In this document: positions 46,927-58,513 of the stretch, piece by piece
How the letters are laid out: each line of letters starts with the position of its first letter
Numbering within the stretch: position 1 is the first letter of the stretch
NCBI GenBank assembly: GCA_964617475.1
Contig: CAZTYM010000007.1
Span: forward strand, 9,523 to 73,522
DNA from: an uncultured Thiotrichales bacterium
GTDB taxonomy: Bacteria; Pseudomonadota; Gammaproteobacteria; GCA-2400775
Length of the DNA: 64,000 bases
Reading direction: 5' to 3'
Notes under the pieces: generated by a model
The model's input: only the letters and a program-made list of their open reading frames with translations
What the model was told of the DNA's origin: nothing
Databases searched by the model: none
Position numbers and translations under genes: made by a program

Positions 46927-47947
46927 CAGTGCAAAGCTCGGTTTGTTAGTTTGCAGCTCCTTTGCTGAGTCACGCTTGTCGACGCCATTAGCAGAAGCAG
47001 GCTGGCAAGTTGTAGCGAAAGTAATTTTGGCTGATAGCGATTCAGATATTGGTAGCTTGCTAGCGGCGGATGTGTTGATAGTCGACCTGGATGGGGCGAA
47101 TCAAGCACAGCTTCAGTGGCTTAACGATTTGATTGGTCATGAGTCCAGGCCGGTAATTTTTAATGACGCGAGTAGTGATCAAGCTTGGCTCGCAAATTTG
47201 ATTAGTAAACTTGAAGAGCTTCCAGAAACTAGTCGGTTTGCTAAGGTGGTTGAAAATGACGCAATTTCGAAGATAGACCAAACTATTCCAGATGATTCCA
47301 TCCTTGCAACGCAAGCAATTGATGGGGCTGCAGAGTTTTCAGGAATTGATGGAAAAAATGATATTGAACAAGGTGATCAAGAATCCGATGTGAGTATATG
47401 GATGATTGCTGCTTCTCTTGGTGGGCCAAAAGAGTTAAGAGATTTATTTTTAGCTGTTCGGCCAGATTTGCCTGTGTGTTTCTTTGTATCCCAACGTATC
47501 GCGATGGAACATATTGATTCTTTGGTTAGCTATCTTGCGCGTTATAGTCGTTACGATGTGTCTGTGCTTGCCAATGGTATGTCGGTGTCTAAAGGCAAAA
47601 TCATTCTTGTTCCTGATGGTTATCAATTTATTGTTAGTGAAGATGGTAATGTTTCCGCATCTGAAACTGCTAATGAAGATGGCGATGAATTAGATGTGAA
47701 TATTGCTGCATTAGCAAATGCCCGTGGAAGCAGTGCTGGTGTTATGATGTTGAGCTCGATCAGTGAAATAGGCGTGAAAGGTTGCGAGCAAATGCTAAAC
47801 GAGGGTGGCAGGGTATGGCTGCATAATAGTCTGCCTCAATATTTTAGTCAGATCACTTCAGAGCAGTATGGTGATCGTGTCGTAACAGCTACTGCGGCTA
47901 CTTTGGCTGATCGATTTAATTTGCTCTATTCAGATATCTCAGATTAG
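46895..47947 (+). CDS. CheB-like methylesterase-domain protein (ChpB position), probably catalytically degenerate
   Basis: The C-terminal half aligns by eye with CheB (IAASLGGPKELRDL...). The N-terminal 120 aa are receiver-like but lack the N-terminal acidic pair. The start (46895 or 46913) overlaps chpA. Confidence 0.5.
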   Translation: MGTLLTMPSTNSAKLGLLVCSSFAESRLSTPLAEAGWQVVAKVILADSDSDIGSLLAADVLIVDLDGANQAQLQWLNDLIGHESRPVIFNDASSDQAWLANLISKLEELPETSRFAKVVENDAISKIDQTIPDDSILATQAIDGAAEFSGIDGKNDIEQGDQESDVSIWMIAASLGGPKELRDLFLAVRPDLPVCFFVSQRIAMEHIDSLVSYLARYSRYDVSVLANGMSVSKGKIILVPDGYQFIVSEDGNVSASETANEDGDELDVNIAALANARGSSAGVMMLSSISEIGVKGCEQMLNEGGRVWLHNSLPQYFSQITSEQYGDRVVTATAATLADRFNLLYSDISD

Positions 47948-48690
47948 ATATCTCCCCATCGACTTTGAATAGCACTAATGGAGGCTATTGCCGCGGTCTC
48001 TGTACGCAGAATTCTTTGTCCGAATTTAATAGAGGAAAAGTGATTGGCACAAAGATCTGCGATTTCCTTATCACTAAAACCTCCTTCTGGGCCAATTACT
48101 ATTGAGATGGATTTTTCCTCTTGAATTTCTTGATCACGTAAAGAGCTCGAAGCTCTTGGATGAAAAAGCCAACGCTGAGCGCCGCTGATATCATTATTAG
48201 CTATAAGTTCTTGCAAGTTAGTTATTTGATGTAGCGTAGGTAAGGTGTTGCGGCCACATTGTTCGCATGCGTTTTTGATAATGCCTGTCCAATGGTCAAA
48301 GCGTGAAATAGCGCGGTTTTCGTTCAGTTTTACATTGCAGTGCTCGCTAATGATTGGGCGAATTGAAGTGACACCTAACTCAACCACTTTTTGAATGATC
48401 CAATCCATTTTTTCGCCGCGCGCCAATGTCTGGATTAACTCAATAGATAGTGTTGGTTCTGGTTCGTTTGGCTGTTTGCTTTCGACTAGTAATTTTGCAG
48501 AACGTTTGGATTCTACACGGAGTTTGGCTTGATAAGCATTACCCTGTCCGTCGAATATTTCGATACAGGTGCCGTCCCGAAGACGCAATACGTTCAGCGT
48601 ATAATGTCGCGTTGCGTCATCAAGACTAATAGTTGATTTCTCGCGTATTATTGCGAGGTCTGGTGTAATGCATAGACGGTGTTTTGCCAT
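47944..48690 (-). CDS. rsmE: 16S rRNA (uracil1498-N3)-methyltransferase RsmE
   Basis: 248 aa. It has the RsmE pattern (HYTLNVLRLRDG, EKMDWIIQKVVELGV, IGPEGGFSDKEI). Confidence 0.9.
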   Translation of the reverse strand: MAKHRLCITPDLAIIREKSTISLDDATRHYTLNVLRLRDGTCIEIFDGQGNAYQAKLRVESKRSAKLLVESKQPNEPEPTLSIELIQTLARGEKMDWIIQKVVELGVTSIRPIISEHCNVKLNENRAISRFDHWTGIIKNACEQCGRNTLPTLHQITNLQELIANNDISGAQRWLFHPRASSSLRDQEIQEEKSISIVIGPEGGFSDKEIADLCANHFSSIKFGQRILRTETAAIASISAIQSRWGDI

Positions 48691-48740
48691 ATCGAACAGC
48701 TAAGCTTAATGCTTGGCTTGATATTGAATATGAATGACGA

Positions 48741-49580
48741 TTATCCCTGTAAGTTTCGCCAAATTGCTAGAGAAGCTTTGCTTTGGTTCATAGTATAGAA
48801 ATGTAGGCCTGGGGCGTCGCCCTCAAGTAAGGTGGCGCAGAGCTCAGACATAATGTCTGTACCGAAATCACGAATAGATTCCTTGTCATCTCCAAATGCT
48901 TCAAGTCGCCGTCGGATCCAACGTGGAATCTCAGCGCCACAGGCGTCAGAGAAGCGCGCTAACTGAATATAGTTAGTGATGGGCATGATGCCAGGTACAA
49001 TGGGTATATCGATATTCATCGCGCTACAGTCATCAAGAAAGCGAAAATAGGCATCAGCATTAAAAAAATATTGGGTCAGTGCGCTATCGGCGCCAGCTTC
49101 GACTTTCCTTCTAAAGTTGAGTAAGTCGGATTGTGCTGACGTGGCTTGCGGATGGAATTCCGGATAAGCAGCGACTTCGATATGAAAATAATCGCCAGTA
49201 TGTTTGCGAATAAATGTAACGAGTTCATTGGCGTAATTGAGTTCGCCAGGATCACGCATGCCTGAGGGCATATCGCCTCGTAAGGCAACGATGCGTTTTA
49301 CGCCTTCATTTTTGTAGCTTTCTAAGAGTTCGAGAATGCTGTCTTCTGAAGAACCAATACAAGAAAGATGAGGGGCGACGTCGATGCCTGTTGCTTGGTG
49401 AATGTTGACAACGCAATCACGTGTGCGATCTCGCGTGCTACCGCCGGCGCCAAAGGTGACTGAGAAAAATTCAGGTTCTAGTTCAGCAAGCGTCGAGCTG
49501 GTTTGAGCAAGCCGCTCGGCGGCTTGCTCGTTCTTGGGTGGAAAAAATTCGAAGCTAAAAAGGCGTTGTTCGTCTTCCAC
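48741..49580 (-). CDS. metF: Methylenetetrahydrofolate reductase
   Basis: 279 aa. FSFEFFPPK, and TFGAGGSTRDRT further in, are typical of MetF. Confidence 0.95.
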   Translation of the reverse strand: MEDEQRLFSFEFFPPKNEQAAERLAQTSSTLAELEPEFFSVTFGAGGSTRDRTRDCVVNIHQATGIDVAPHLSCIGSSEDSILELLESYKNEGVKRIVALRGDMPSGMRDPGELNYANELVTFIRKHTGDYFHIEVAAYPEFHPQATSAQSDLLNFRRKVEAGADSALTQYFFNADAYFRFLDDCSAMNIDIPIVPGIMPITNYIQLARFSDACGAEIPRWIRRRLEAFGDDKESIRDFGTDIMSELCATLLEGDAPGLHFYTMNQSKASLAIWRNLQG

Positions 49581-49599
49581 GCAATATTCCTGTTAGTGC

Positions 49600-51027
49600 T
49601 TAGTAACGATAGTGTTCGGGCTTGTAGGGTCCTTCCACAGGAACGCCAATGTAATCAGCTTGTTCTTGTGAAAGTGTGGTCAACTTAGCACCGATCTTAT
49701 CTAAATGTAAACGGGCGACTTCTTCATCTAATTTCTTAGGCAGAATATAGACACCAATAGGATACTCGTCCGTTTTAGTAAACAGTTCAATCTGTGCTAA
49801 CACCTGGTTAGTGAAAGAGTTAGACATGACAAAACTTGGATGGCCAGTTGCACAGCCTAAGTTAACTAAGCGGCCCTCGGCTAGCATGATAATACGCTTC
49901 CCATCTGGAAAGATAATGTGATCAACTTGCGGTTTGATGTTTTCCCATTCGTATTTTTGTACGCCAGCGATATCGATTTCATTATCGAAGTGGCCGATGT
50001 TGCAGACAATGGCTTGATCTTTCATCGCTGCCATATGATCATGAGTAATAATGTCTTTATTGCCCGTAGTAGTGACAAAAATATCTGCAAGAGGGGCGGC
50101 TTCTTCCATTGTTACCACGCGGAACCCTTCCATTGCCGCTTGTAAGGCGCATATTGGATCGATTTCTGTGACCCAAACCGTGGCACCCAGACCGCGTAAA
50201 GATTGGGCTGAACCTTTACCGACATCACCGTAGCCGCAAACCAAACCGATTTTGCCTGCGATCATGACATCGGTTGCGCGCTTGATGCCGTCAACTAAAG
50301 ATTCGCGGCAACCGTATAAGTTATCAAACTTAGATTTGGTGACTGAGTCGTTAACGTTCATGCCGGGAAAAAGTAACTGCCCTTGCTTGAACATGTCATA
50401 CAAGCGATGCACACCGGTGGTGGTTTCTTCGGTTACACCTTTAATCGAGTCAGCCATTTTTTTGTAGCGCTCAGAATCTTCGGCCAGACTGCGTTTTAGC
50501 ACGCTAAGAATGACTTTCCATTCTTCAGGGTCGTCGGCTTTAGGTTCGGGGACAGCGCCTGCTTTAGCATATTCAACTCCCTTATGAACGAGCAGAGTGG
50601 CATCGCCGCCATCGTCCAGAATCATATTGGGTTGTTCACCGTTCGGCCAGTTCAGTACTTGTTCCGTACACCACCAATATTCTTCAAGCGTTTCGCCTTT
50701 CCACGCGTAGACGGGTATCCCTTCAGCTGCTATAGCGGCGGCGGCATGGTCTTGGGTTGAAAAAATATTGCATGAACACCAGCGAACCTGGGCACCAAGC
50801 TCGACTAAAGTTTCAATCAGCACGGCTGTTTGAATAGTCATGTGTAGAGAGCCCGTGATACGTGCACCTGTTAAAGGTTTGGAAGCGCCGTATTTTTCGC
50901 GTAATGCCATCAATCCAGGCATTTCGGTTTCGGCAATTTTGATTTCTTTGCGGCCCCATTCGGCGAGTGACATGTCTGCGACTTTAAAGTCGGTTTCGAT
51001 ATTTTTTACTGGTGCTGCTACGCTCAT
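49600..51027 (-). CDS. ahcY: Adenosylhomocysteinase
   Basis: 475 aa. It has [12 protein letters not shown], the NAD motif GYGDVGKG, and [13 protein letters not shown]. Confidence 0.98.
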   Translation of the reverse strand: MSVAAPVKNIETDFKVADMSLAEWGRKEIKIAETEMPGLMALREKYGASKPLTGARITGSLHMTIQTAVLIETLVELGAQVRWCSCNIFSTQDHAAAAIAAEGIPVYAWKGETLEEYWWCTEQVLNWPNGEQPNMILDDGGDATLLVHKGVEYAKAGAVPEPKADDPEEWKVILSVLKRSLAEDSERYKKMADSIKGVTEETTTGVHRLYDMFKQGQLLFPGMNVNDSVTKSKFDNLYGCRESLVDGIKRATDVMIAGKIGLVCGYGDVGKGSAQSLRGLGATVWVTEIDPICALQAAMEGFRVVTMEEAAPLADIFVTTTGNKDIITHDHMAAMKDQAIVCNIGHFDNEIDIAGVQKYEWENIKPQVDHIIFPDGKRIIMLAEGRLVNLGCATGHPSFVMSNSFTNQVLAQIELFTKTDEYPIGVYILPKKLDEEVARLHLDKIGAKLTTLSQEQADYIGVPVEGPYKPEHYRY

Positions 51028-51077
51028 GAGTATTCTCCGTCGGAATTTGGATTCTTTAAATATCCCTTGTTTACTGC

Positions 51078-52244
51078 TTAGCTATTGATGCCAGAGGCGC
51101 TTCTAAGTTCATCGGCCTTATCAGTTTTTTCCCAAGAAAAACTGGTTTCTTCACGGCCAAAATGGCCATAACTCGCCGTTGGAGCATAAATGGGTTTAAG
51201 TAGATCCAGCATTTTGATTAGACCGCGTGGGCGTAAATCAAAATGTTGTTTGACTAGCTCGACAATTTGTTGGTCGCTAATTTTGCCGGTGCCAAAGGTA
51301 TCAATGCTGATTGAAGTCGGTTCAGCAACACCGATAGCGTAAGACACTTGAATCTCGCAGCGGTCAGCTAATCCAGCGGCCACTACATTTTTGGCGACGT
51401 AACGACCCGCGTAAGCGGCGGAGCGATCGACTTTGCTTGGGTCTTTGCCCGAAAATGCACCACCGCCATGGCGCGCCATGCCGCCATAAGTGTCTACAAT
51501 GATCTTACGGCCAGTTAGACCACAATCGCCAACTGGTCCGCCTATAACAAAGCGGCCAGTAGGGTTGATATGAATCTTTGTATCTTGGCTAAGCCACTCG
51601 GCTGGCAGCACGGGTTTGATGATTTCGTCCATCACTGCTTCGCGAAGTGTTTCATTACTCACTTCTGGATCATGCTGGGTAGATAGAACAATAGCGTCAA
51701 TGCCGACTGGTCGATTGTTTTCATACCTAAAGGTAATTTGACTCTTTGCATCAGGGCGCAGCCAAGATAACGTACCGTCTTTTCGGACTTCAGCCTGGCG
51801 TTTAACCAGACGGTGTGAATAAGTAATCGGCGCAGGCATCAGCACGTCTGTTTCGTTGCTAGCATAACCAAACATCAATCCTTGGTCGCCAGCGCCTTGC
51901 TCGCGGTCATCGCTTTCATCTACACCCATGGCAATATCGGGAGATTGCTTGCCAATACCGTTTAATACTGCGCAAGAAGCCCAGTCGAAGCCCATGTCGG
52001 AGCTGTTGTAACCGATATCTTTAACTGTTGAGCGAACAATCTGTTCTAAATCCACCCAAGCCGTAGTGGTGATTTCCCCGGCGATCAATACCATGCCAGT
52101 TTTAACGAGTGTTTCGCAGGCGACACGAGCCGCGGGATCCTGTGTCAATAAAGCATCGAGTACTGCATCGGAGATTTGGTCGGCAATTTTATCCGGATGA
52201 CCTTCAGATACGGATTCCGAAGTAAAGAGATAACTATCTGGCAT
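51078..52244 (-). CDS. metK: S-adenosylmethionine synthase
   Basis: 388 aa. It has [30 protein letters not shown] and DTYGG. Confidence 0.98.
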   Translation of the reverse strand: MPDSYLFTSESVSEGHPDKIADQISDAVLDALLTQDPAARVACETLVKTGMVLIAGEITTTAWVDLEQIVRSTVKDIGYNSSDMGFDWASCAVLNGIGKQSPDIAMGVDESDDREQGAGDQGLMFGYASNETDVLMPAPITYSHRLVKRQAEVRKDGTLSWLRPDAKSQITFRYENNRPVGIDAIVLSTQHDPEVSNETLREAVMDEIIKPVLPAEWLSQDTKIHINPTGRFVIGGPVGDCGLTGRKIIVDTYGGMARHGGGAFSGKDPSKVDRSAAYAGRYVAKNVVAAGLADRCEIQVSYAIGVAEPTSISIDTFGTGKISDQQIVELVKQHFDLRPRGLIKMLDLLKPIYAPTASYGHFGREETSFSWEKTDKADELRSASGINS

Positions 52245-52682
52245 GCAGTTCGAGCTCCTAAAAATAACGGGCTATTAAAGCTGTATCAGTTAAGTAAAAG
52301 AGGTTTGAAAAACTGGTATCGTTCAAAAATGGACTTCACTTGACTCGATTAACAGATTTTTCGGCAAAAACTTGGAATTCTAGTGGTAGATCCGCTTTGT
52401 TTCCAGTCATTTAGCTATTTTATTCCGCATATTGGTCCGATCGCTGGAGCTTTTTATGAGTTCCAGTATAATAGGCCGCCCTGCGCTCCGCCGACACCAA
52501 TCGGTATTCTGATCGCAGGAAGTCAGAAATTATAATGCGCTGCTACGACTGACTTATAGTGCTACGACAAAATAGTAGTGGTCAGCGTGATGTTGAAAAA
52601 GATTCCATACGGCTTTTGAGAGATTTTTATTAGTTATTTCAAAGGCTTATGATTACGATTAATTTTACTGTAGGAGAGATCG

Positions 52683-54674
52683 ATGCCCTCTCGGACTGAT
52701 TTGGCCAATGCAATTCGTGCGTTGAGTATGGACGCTGTACAAAAAGCAAACTCTGGACACCCTGGCATGCCCATGGGTATGGCTGATATCGCTGAAGTAC
52801 TTTGGAATGATTATTTGCGCCATAACCCAGCAAACCCAAACTGGGATAACCGTGATCGATTCATTTTATCTAACGGTCATGGCTCTATGCTGCACTATTC
52901 ATTGTTGCATTTGGCTGGCTATGATCTGCCCATTGATGAGCTAAAGCAGTTCCGTCAAATGCATTCGAAAACACCAGGACACCCTGAGTACGGCTATACC
53001 GACGGAGTTGAAACCACCACCGGTCCGCTAGGACAAGGTATTACTAACGGTGTTGGTATGGCGATTGCCGAAAAGCTATTAGCTGCGCGCTTTAATACCG
53101 ATTCTTATAAAATTGTAGATCACTACACCTATGTGTTTTTAGGTGATGGCTGCTTGATGGAAGGTATTTCCCACGAAGCATGCTCACTAGCGGGAACCCT
53201 GGGCTTAGGCAAGTTAATTGCTTTCTATGATGACAATGGCATTTCTATTGATGGTGAAGTGGAAGGTTGGTTTACCGACGATAGTATCAAGCGTTTCGAG
53301 TCATACGGTTGGCATGTGATTCCAGCGGTTGACGGTCATGATCCAGAGGCCATCAATATGGCTATTCGTAATGCCCGTGCTGAGCCTAATAAGCCCACAA
53401 TCATTTGTTGTAAGACGATTATTGGTAAGGGTTCGCCCAACAAAGCTGGTAAAGAAGAATGCCACGGCGCTGCACTAGGTGACGATGAAATCGCATTGAC
53501 CCGCGAAGCTATTGGTTGGTCACATGCGCCATTTGAAATTCCAGAGGATATTTATGCAGGCTGGGATGCCAAAGAAACTGGTGCCGGTTTGGAAGAGGAC
53601 TGGAATACGCAGTTTGATAATTATGAGAAAGCGTATCCAGAACTGGCTGCGGAGTACAAGCGTCGCATGTCAGGTGAACTGCCAGCGGATTGGGCAGAAA
53701 AGTCAGCTGAATTTGTGGCGTCAGTCAATGCTAAAGCTGAAAAGATTGCCACGCGTAAGGCATCTCAAAATGCCATCGAAGGTCTGGCACCATTATTACC
53801 TGAATTGTTAGGTGGGTCAGCTGACTTAGCAGGTTCTAATTTAACGATGTGGTCTGGCTCGAAAGGCATGACAGCTCAGCCAGACGGTACCGCAAACTAC
53901 TTGCACTATGGTGTGCGTGAGTTTGGTATGTCTGCAATCATGAATGGTATCGCCGTTCATGGTGGTTTTATCCCTTACGGCGGCACTTTCCTAGTATTCT
54001 CTGACTACGCGCGTAACGCGGTGCGTATGGCCGCTTTGATGAAGATTCAGAGTATCTTTGTTTACACTCATGACTCTATTGGCTTGGGTGAAGATGGCCC
54101 AACCCACCAACCGATTGAGCATGTTAGTTCTTTACGTATTATTCCAGGTATGCATGTATGGCGTCCGTGTGACGCTGTGGAATCAGCTGTCAGTTGGAAG
54201 GTGGCGATTGATCGCAAGAATCAGCCAAGTTCGTTAATCTATTCGCGCCAGGGTCTTCCACATCAACCGCGTAGTGATGCGCAGCTCGCCAATATTGAAA
54301 AAGGCGGTTATGTGCTCGTAGATGTTGGTGATAATCCTGACGCTATCATTATTGCCACTGGTTCTGAGGTTGAACTTGCTGTTGAAGCCGCTAAAGCAGT
54401 GTCAGCTAATGTTCGTGTGGTTTCAATTCCCTGTCTTGAAATCTTTGAAGCACAAGATGGTGACTATAAAGAATCTGTATTGCCAAGTAGTGTTACCGCG
54501 CGTGTTGCTGTAGAGGCGGGTGTACCGCACATCTGGCAAGGCTATGTCGGTAATAAAGGTAAGGTCATTGGTATGACCACCTTTGGTGAATCTGCACCAG
54601 CTGGCGATTTATTTAAACACTTTGGTTTTACTGTAGACAATGTAGTTGCTGCAGTTAACGAAGTGATCGGCTAA
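52683..54674 (+). CDS. tkt: Transketolase
   Basis: 663 aa. It has the [14 protein letters not shown] and [13 protein letters not shown] thiamine-diphosphate motifs. Confidence 0.98.
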   Translation: MPSRTDLANAIRALSMDAVQKANSGHPGMPMGMADIAEVLWNDYLRHNPANPNWDNRDRFILSNGHGSMLHYSLLHLAGYDLPIDELKQFRQMHSKTPGHPEYGYTDGVETTTGPLGQGITNGVGMAIAEKLLAARFNTDSYKIVDHYTYVFLGDGCLMEGISHEACSLAGTLGLGKLIAFYDDNGISIDGEVEGWFTDDSIKRFESYGWHVIPAVDGHDPEAINMAIRNARAEPNKPTIICCKTIIGKGSPNKAGKEECHGAALGDDEIALTREAIGWSHAPFEIPEDIYAGWDAKETGAGLEEDWNTQFDNYEKAYPELAAEYKRRMSGELPADWAEKSAEFVASVNAKAEKIATRKASQNAIEGLAPLLPELLGGSADLAGSNLTMWSGSKGMTAQPDGTANYLHYGVREFGMSAIMNGIAVHGGFIPYGGTFLVFSDYARNAVRMAALMKIQSIFVYTHDSIGLGEDGPTHQPIEHVSSLRIIPGMHVWRPCDAVESAVSWKVAIDRKNQPSSLIYSRQGLPHQPRSDAQLANIEKGGYVLVDVGDNPDAIIIATGSEVELAVEAAKAVSANVRVVSIPCLEIFEAQDGDYKESVLPSSVTARVAVEAGVPHIWQGYVGNKGKVIGMTTFGESAPAGDLFKHFGFTVDNVVAAVNEVIG

Positions 54675-54723
54675 ATCTGTTTGTTTAGCCAAAGTTTTTT
54701 GTTAAACCTGTTAGGAAATAATT

Positions 54724-55737
54724 ATGAGCATTAAAGTAGCAATCAATGGCTATGGCCGTATTGGACGCAATGTATTACGCGCGCTTTATGAAGCTAACCG
54801 TACTGGAGAAATTGAAATCGTAGCTATTAACGATTTAGGTGACAGTAATACCAATGCCCATTTAACCAAGTACGACACTGTGCATGGTAAGTTCAACGCT
54901 GAAGTATCCGTTGATGGTGATTACATGGTTGTTGATGGTGATCGTATTCGCGTATTAGCTGAGCGCGATCCGGCTAAATTGCCATGGGCTGAATTAGGTG
55001 TTGATGTTGTTCACGAATGTACAGGTTTTTTTGCTAACAAAGAAAAAGCTTCTGCTCATTTAACAGCCGGTGCGAAAAAAGTCATTATTTCTGCTCCTGG
55101 TGGTAAAGACGTTGATGCGACTATCGTTTATGGTGTTAACCACAACACATTGAAAGCAAGCGATACGGTTATCTCAAACGCTTCATGTACCACTAACTGC
55201 TTGGCACCATTGGTTAAGCCAATTCATGATCGTATTGGTATTGAGCATGGTTTGATGACTACGATTCATTCATACACTAACGACCAGGTATTGACTGATG
55301 TTTATCATTCAGACCTACGTCGCGCACGTTCTGCTACCTCATCTCAAATTCCAACAAAAACTGGTGCAGCTGCTGCTGTTGGTTTGGTGTTACCAGAGTT
55401 AGACGGCAAGTTAGATGGTTTTGCGATTCGTGTTCCTACTACTAATGTTTCTGTGGTTGATTTAACTTTCAGGCCTAAGAAGCCAACCAGCAAAGAAGCG
55501 ATTGATGTGATTATGAAGGAAGCTGCCGATGGCGAACTAAAAGGCGTGTTGAATTATAACGACGGTCCTCTAGTATCTGTCGATTTCAACCACGATCCGG
55601 CTTCATCAACTTATGATGCAACCTTAACCAAAGTTATTGATAGTGGTTTGGTTAAAGTATTGGCTTGGTATGACAACGAGTGGGGTTTCTCTAACCGCAT
55701 GTTAGACACCACTGTTGCCTTAATGAACGCAAAATAA
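54724..55737 (+). CDS. gap: Type I glyceraldehyde-3-phosphate dehydrogenase family (GapA vs Epd not resolvable here)
   Basis: It has [10 protein letters not shown], the active site [12 protein letters not shown], and [16 protein letters not shown]. The tkt-(epd/gap)-pgk-fba context matches both assignments. Confidence 0.9.
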   Translation: MSIKVAINGYGRIGRNVLRALYEANRTGEIEIVAINDLGDSNTNAHLTKYDTVHGKFNAEVSVDGDYMVVDGDRIRVLAERDPAKLPWAELGVDVVHECTGFFANKEKASAHLTAGAKKVIISAPGGKDVDATIVYGVNHNTLKASDTVISNASCTTNCLAPLVKPIHDRIGIEHGLMTTIHSYTNDQVLTDVYHSDLRRARSATSSQIPTKTGAAAAVGLVLPELDGKLDGFAIRVPTTNVSVVDLTFRPKKPTSKEAIDVIMKEAADGELKGVLNYNDGPLVSVDFNHDPASSTYDATLTKVIDSGLVKVLAWYDNEWGFSNRMLDTTVALMNAK

Positions 55738-55761
55738 GCTAAATATTTAGTCTAAAACCTG

Positions 55762-55783
55762 GGTGGCCGCAGTAGCGGCCACC
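55762..55783 (+). other. GC-rich intercistronic stem-loop between gap and pgk
   Basis: GGTGGCCGC-agta-GCGGCCACC forms a perfect 9-bp stem. It has no clean downstream U-tract, so it is more likely an RNA stabiliser or processing element or a weak attenuator than a full terminator. Confidence 0.5.
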
Positions 55784-55804
55784 GTTGTTTCTGGAGTTTC
55801 TTTT

Positions 55805-56983
55805 ATGTCAGTCTTAAAAATGATTGATTTGGATCTGGCCGGTAAGCGAGTGCTTATTCGTGAAGATTTAAATGTGCCGTTGAAGGACGGCAGCGTTGCC
55901 GACGACACGCGTATTCGTGCGTCATTACCTACAATCAAAGCCGCTAGTGATGCCGGTGCCAAAGTGATGCTAATGTCACACTTGGGCCGTCCAACCGAAG
56001 GTGAGTATGATGAGTCTGCTTCGCTTGCGCCAGTAGCAGCGTATATCTCAGATAATTGTGATATCCCGGTGCGATTAGTCAAAGACTGGTTAGACGGCGT
56101 TGATGTTGCCGATGGTGAAGTCGTACTGTGTGAGAACGTGCGTTTTAACAAAGGTGAGAAGGCTAACGACGATGATCTATCTAAGAAGATGGCCGGTCTG
56201 TGTGACATCTACGTCATGGATGCCTTTGGTACAGCTCACCGTGCTCAAGCTTCTACCCATGGTGTGGCTAAGCATGCACCAGTAGCTTGCGCAGGCCCGT
56301 TGCTTGCTGCTGAGCTCGACGCTTTAGGTAAAGCTTTGGATAACCCAGCTAGACCAATGGTGGCTATCGTTGGTGGTTCAAAAGTATCAACTAAGCTAAC
56401 CGTATTGGAATCTCTTTCAAAAGTAGTTGATCAGTTAATCGTTGGTGGTGGTATCGCTAATACCTTTATTGAAGCAGCTGGTCATAACGTGGGTAAATCG
56501 TTGAGTGAGTCTGATTTAGTGCCTACCGCTAATCAGCTTACCGCGGATGCGAAAGGACGCGGTGGCGATATTCCCGTACCTAGCGATGTAGTTTGCGGGA
56601 AAGAGTTCTCAGAAAGCGCTGAGGCTACTTTAAAGCCCGTTGCTGATACCGCTGATGACGATATGATTTTTGATGTTGGCCCTGATACTTCAGCGGCGTT
56701 TGCAGAAATATTGAAAAAAGCCGGTACGATTGTTTGGAACGGTCCTGTGGGCGTTTTCGAATTTGATCAGTTTGGTGAAGGCACCAAAGCTTTGGCAATG
56801 GCTATTGCTGAGAGTGACGCGTTTTCAATCGCTGGCGGTGGTGACACTCTGGCTGCGGTTGCAAAATATAATATTGCCGACAAAGTGTCTTATATCTCAA
56901 CAGGTGGTGGCGCATTTCTAGAGTTCTTGGAAGGTAAAAAATTACCTGCTGTAGAAATTTTAGAACAGCGTGCTGCTGGTTAA
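55805..56983 (+). CDS. pgk: Phosphoglycerate kinase
   Basis: The ATG at 55805 gives [25 protein letters not shown], a typical Pgk N-terminus. The track ORF's 14 extra residues run through the stem-loop. Confidence 0.97.
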   Translation: MSVLKMIDLDLAGKRVLIREDLNVPLKDGSVADDTRIRASLPTIKAASDAGAKVMLMSHLGRPTEGEYDESASLAPVAAYISDNCDIPVRLVKDWLDGVDVADGEVVLCENVRFNKGEKANDDDLSKKMAGLCDIYVMDAFGTAHRAQASTHGVAKHAPVACAGPLLAAELDALGKALDNPARPMVAIVGGSKVSTKLTVLESLSKVVDQLIVGGGIANTFIEAAGHNVGKSLSESDLVPTANQLTADAKGRGGDIPVPSDVVCGKEFSESAEATLKPVADTADDDMIFDVGPDTSAAFAEILKKAGTIVWNGPVGVFEFDQFGEGTKALAMAIAESDAFSIAGGGDTLAAVAKYNIADKVSYISTGGGAFLEFLEGKKLPAVEILEQRAAG

Positions 56984-57008
56984 AGAGAGTTCTCCTGGTT
57001 GAGTTTAT

Positions 57009-58451
57009 ATGCCTAGACGCACAAAAATTCTAGCTACTTTAGGTCCTGCTACCGATGATCCAGTTGTTCTGGATCAGATACTTGAGGCAGGTGTTGATGT
57101 TGTGCGTTTGAACTTTTCGCATGGTGATGCAGAAGATCACATTAAGCGTGCTGAGAACGTACGTAATCGCGCTGCAGCGCACGGTCGCCAAGTCGGTGTA
57201 TTAGCAGATTTACAAGGCCCTAAGATTCGCATTCAACGTTTTGCCGATGGCGGCGTTGATCTATCTGAAGGTGATCCGTTTGTTCTTGATAGCGCTTTGG
57301 GTATCAACGATGGCACGCATGAACGTGTTGGTGTGACCTATCCTTCACTGATTGATGATGTAAAGCGCGGTGATACACTGTTATTGGATGATGGTCGCAT
57401 TACTTTGTGGGTTGAATCCGTTGCTGATACAGAGATCCATACCAAAGTAGTTATCGGTGGTCGTTTGCTCAATAGCAAGGGTATAAATCTACAAGGCGGT
57501 GGCTTATCTGCCGCAGCTTTGACTGATAAAGACAAAGCCGATATTAAAGTTGCTGCGCAAATCGAGGCCGACTATGTAGCGGTATCATTTCCAAGAACAG
57601 CTGATGATATCCATGAAGCGCGCTCACTCTTGCGAGAAGCAGGTGGTCATGGCGCTATCGTTGCTAAAATCGAACGTGCCGAAGCACTGAACTGCATTGA
57701 TGATATCATTGAAGCGTCAGATTCAGTGATGATTGCGCGTGGTGATCTGGGTGTAGAAATTGGCGATGCAGAGTTGCCGGGTGTACAAAAAGATCTCATT
57801 ACTAGAGCTCGTACAGCTAATCGCACCGTTATTACAGCAACCCAGATGATGGAGTCTATGATCAATTCGGCGATGCCGACGCGTGCTGAGGTATTCGATG
57901 TCGCTAACGCTGTGATTGATGGTACGGATGCGGTAATGTTGTCAGCGGAAACGGCGACGGGCCAGAACCCGGCAAAAGTGATTGCTGCGGTTAACCGAGT
58001 TTGTTTGGGCGCAGAAGCGCAACGTCGCGTAACGACATCGACTCACCGCATTGACTCGCATTTTGAGCGTGTTGATGAGTCTATTGCTATGGCTGCCATG
58101 TACATGGCTAACCATACCGATATTAAGGCGATTGCAGCGTTGACTGAATCCGGTTCGACGGCGTTGTGGATGTCTCGAATTAGTTCAGGTATTCCGATTT
58201 ACGCATTGACACCACATATTGCAACGCGTCGTTTAGTGACCTTGTATCGGGGTGTTTATCCAACGAGTTTTGACGCGAATACTGGTGACCACCAATCTAT
58301 GAATCGTGAAGCGATTGAAGAATTGGTTCGCCGTGGAGCGGTAAGAAAAGGCGATTTAGTATTAATCACCAAAGGTGATCGTTCAGGTATGACTGGCGGC
58401 ACAAATGCAATGACTATTGTGCGCGTCGGAGAAGATGAAGGTTCGGCTTAA
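57009..58451 (+). CDS. pyk: Pyruvate kinase
   Basis: 480 aa. It has [22 protein letters not shown] and TQMMESM. Confidence 0.95.
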   Translation: MPRRTKILATLGPATDDPVVLDQILEAGVDVVRLNFSHGDAEDHIKRAENVRNRAAAHGRQVGVLADLQGPKIRIQRFADGGVDLSEGDPFVLDSALGINDGTHERVGVTYPSLIDDVKRGDTLLLDDGRITLWVESVADTEIHTKVVIGGRLLNSKGINLQGGGLSAAALTDKDKADIKVAAQIEADYVAVSFPRTADDIHEARSLLREAGGHGAIVAKIERAEALNCIDDIIEASDSVMIARGDLGVEIGDAELPGVQKDLITRARTANRTVITATQMMESMINSAMPTRAEVFDVANAVIDGTDAVMLSAETATGQNPAKVIAAVNRVCLGAEAQRRVTTSTHRIDSHFERVDESIAMAAMYMANHTDIKAIAALTESGSTALWMSRISSGIPIYALTPHIATRRLVTLYRGVYPTSFDANTGDHQSMNREAIEELVRRGAVRKGDLVLITKGDRSGMTGGTNAMTIVRVGEDEGSA

Positions 58452-58513
58452 ACCGATTTAGGAAATTTTATGTTGGGCTCACGCCCGCTTTGATAACGTG
58501 TGAGGAGACTCTT

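Noticed and set aside
51028-51077. A possible SAH riboswitch upstream of ahcY, as I recall is found in Pseudomonas.
   Set aside because: Only 50 nt separate metK and ahcY, which is too short for the element. No GAGCGC/GCGCUC-type pairing segments are present. I also found no convincing SAH-like pairing upstream of metK.
55747-56208. A 153-aa minus-strand ORF.
   Set aside because: It is antisense to the 5' part of pgk, with a Ser/Thr/Ala-rich shadow translation. pgk is unambiguous.
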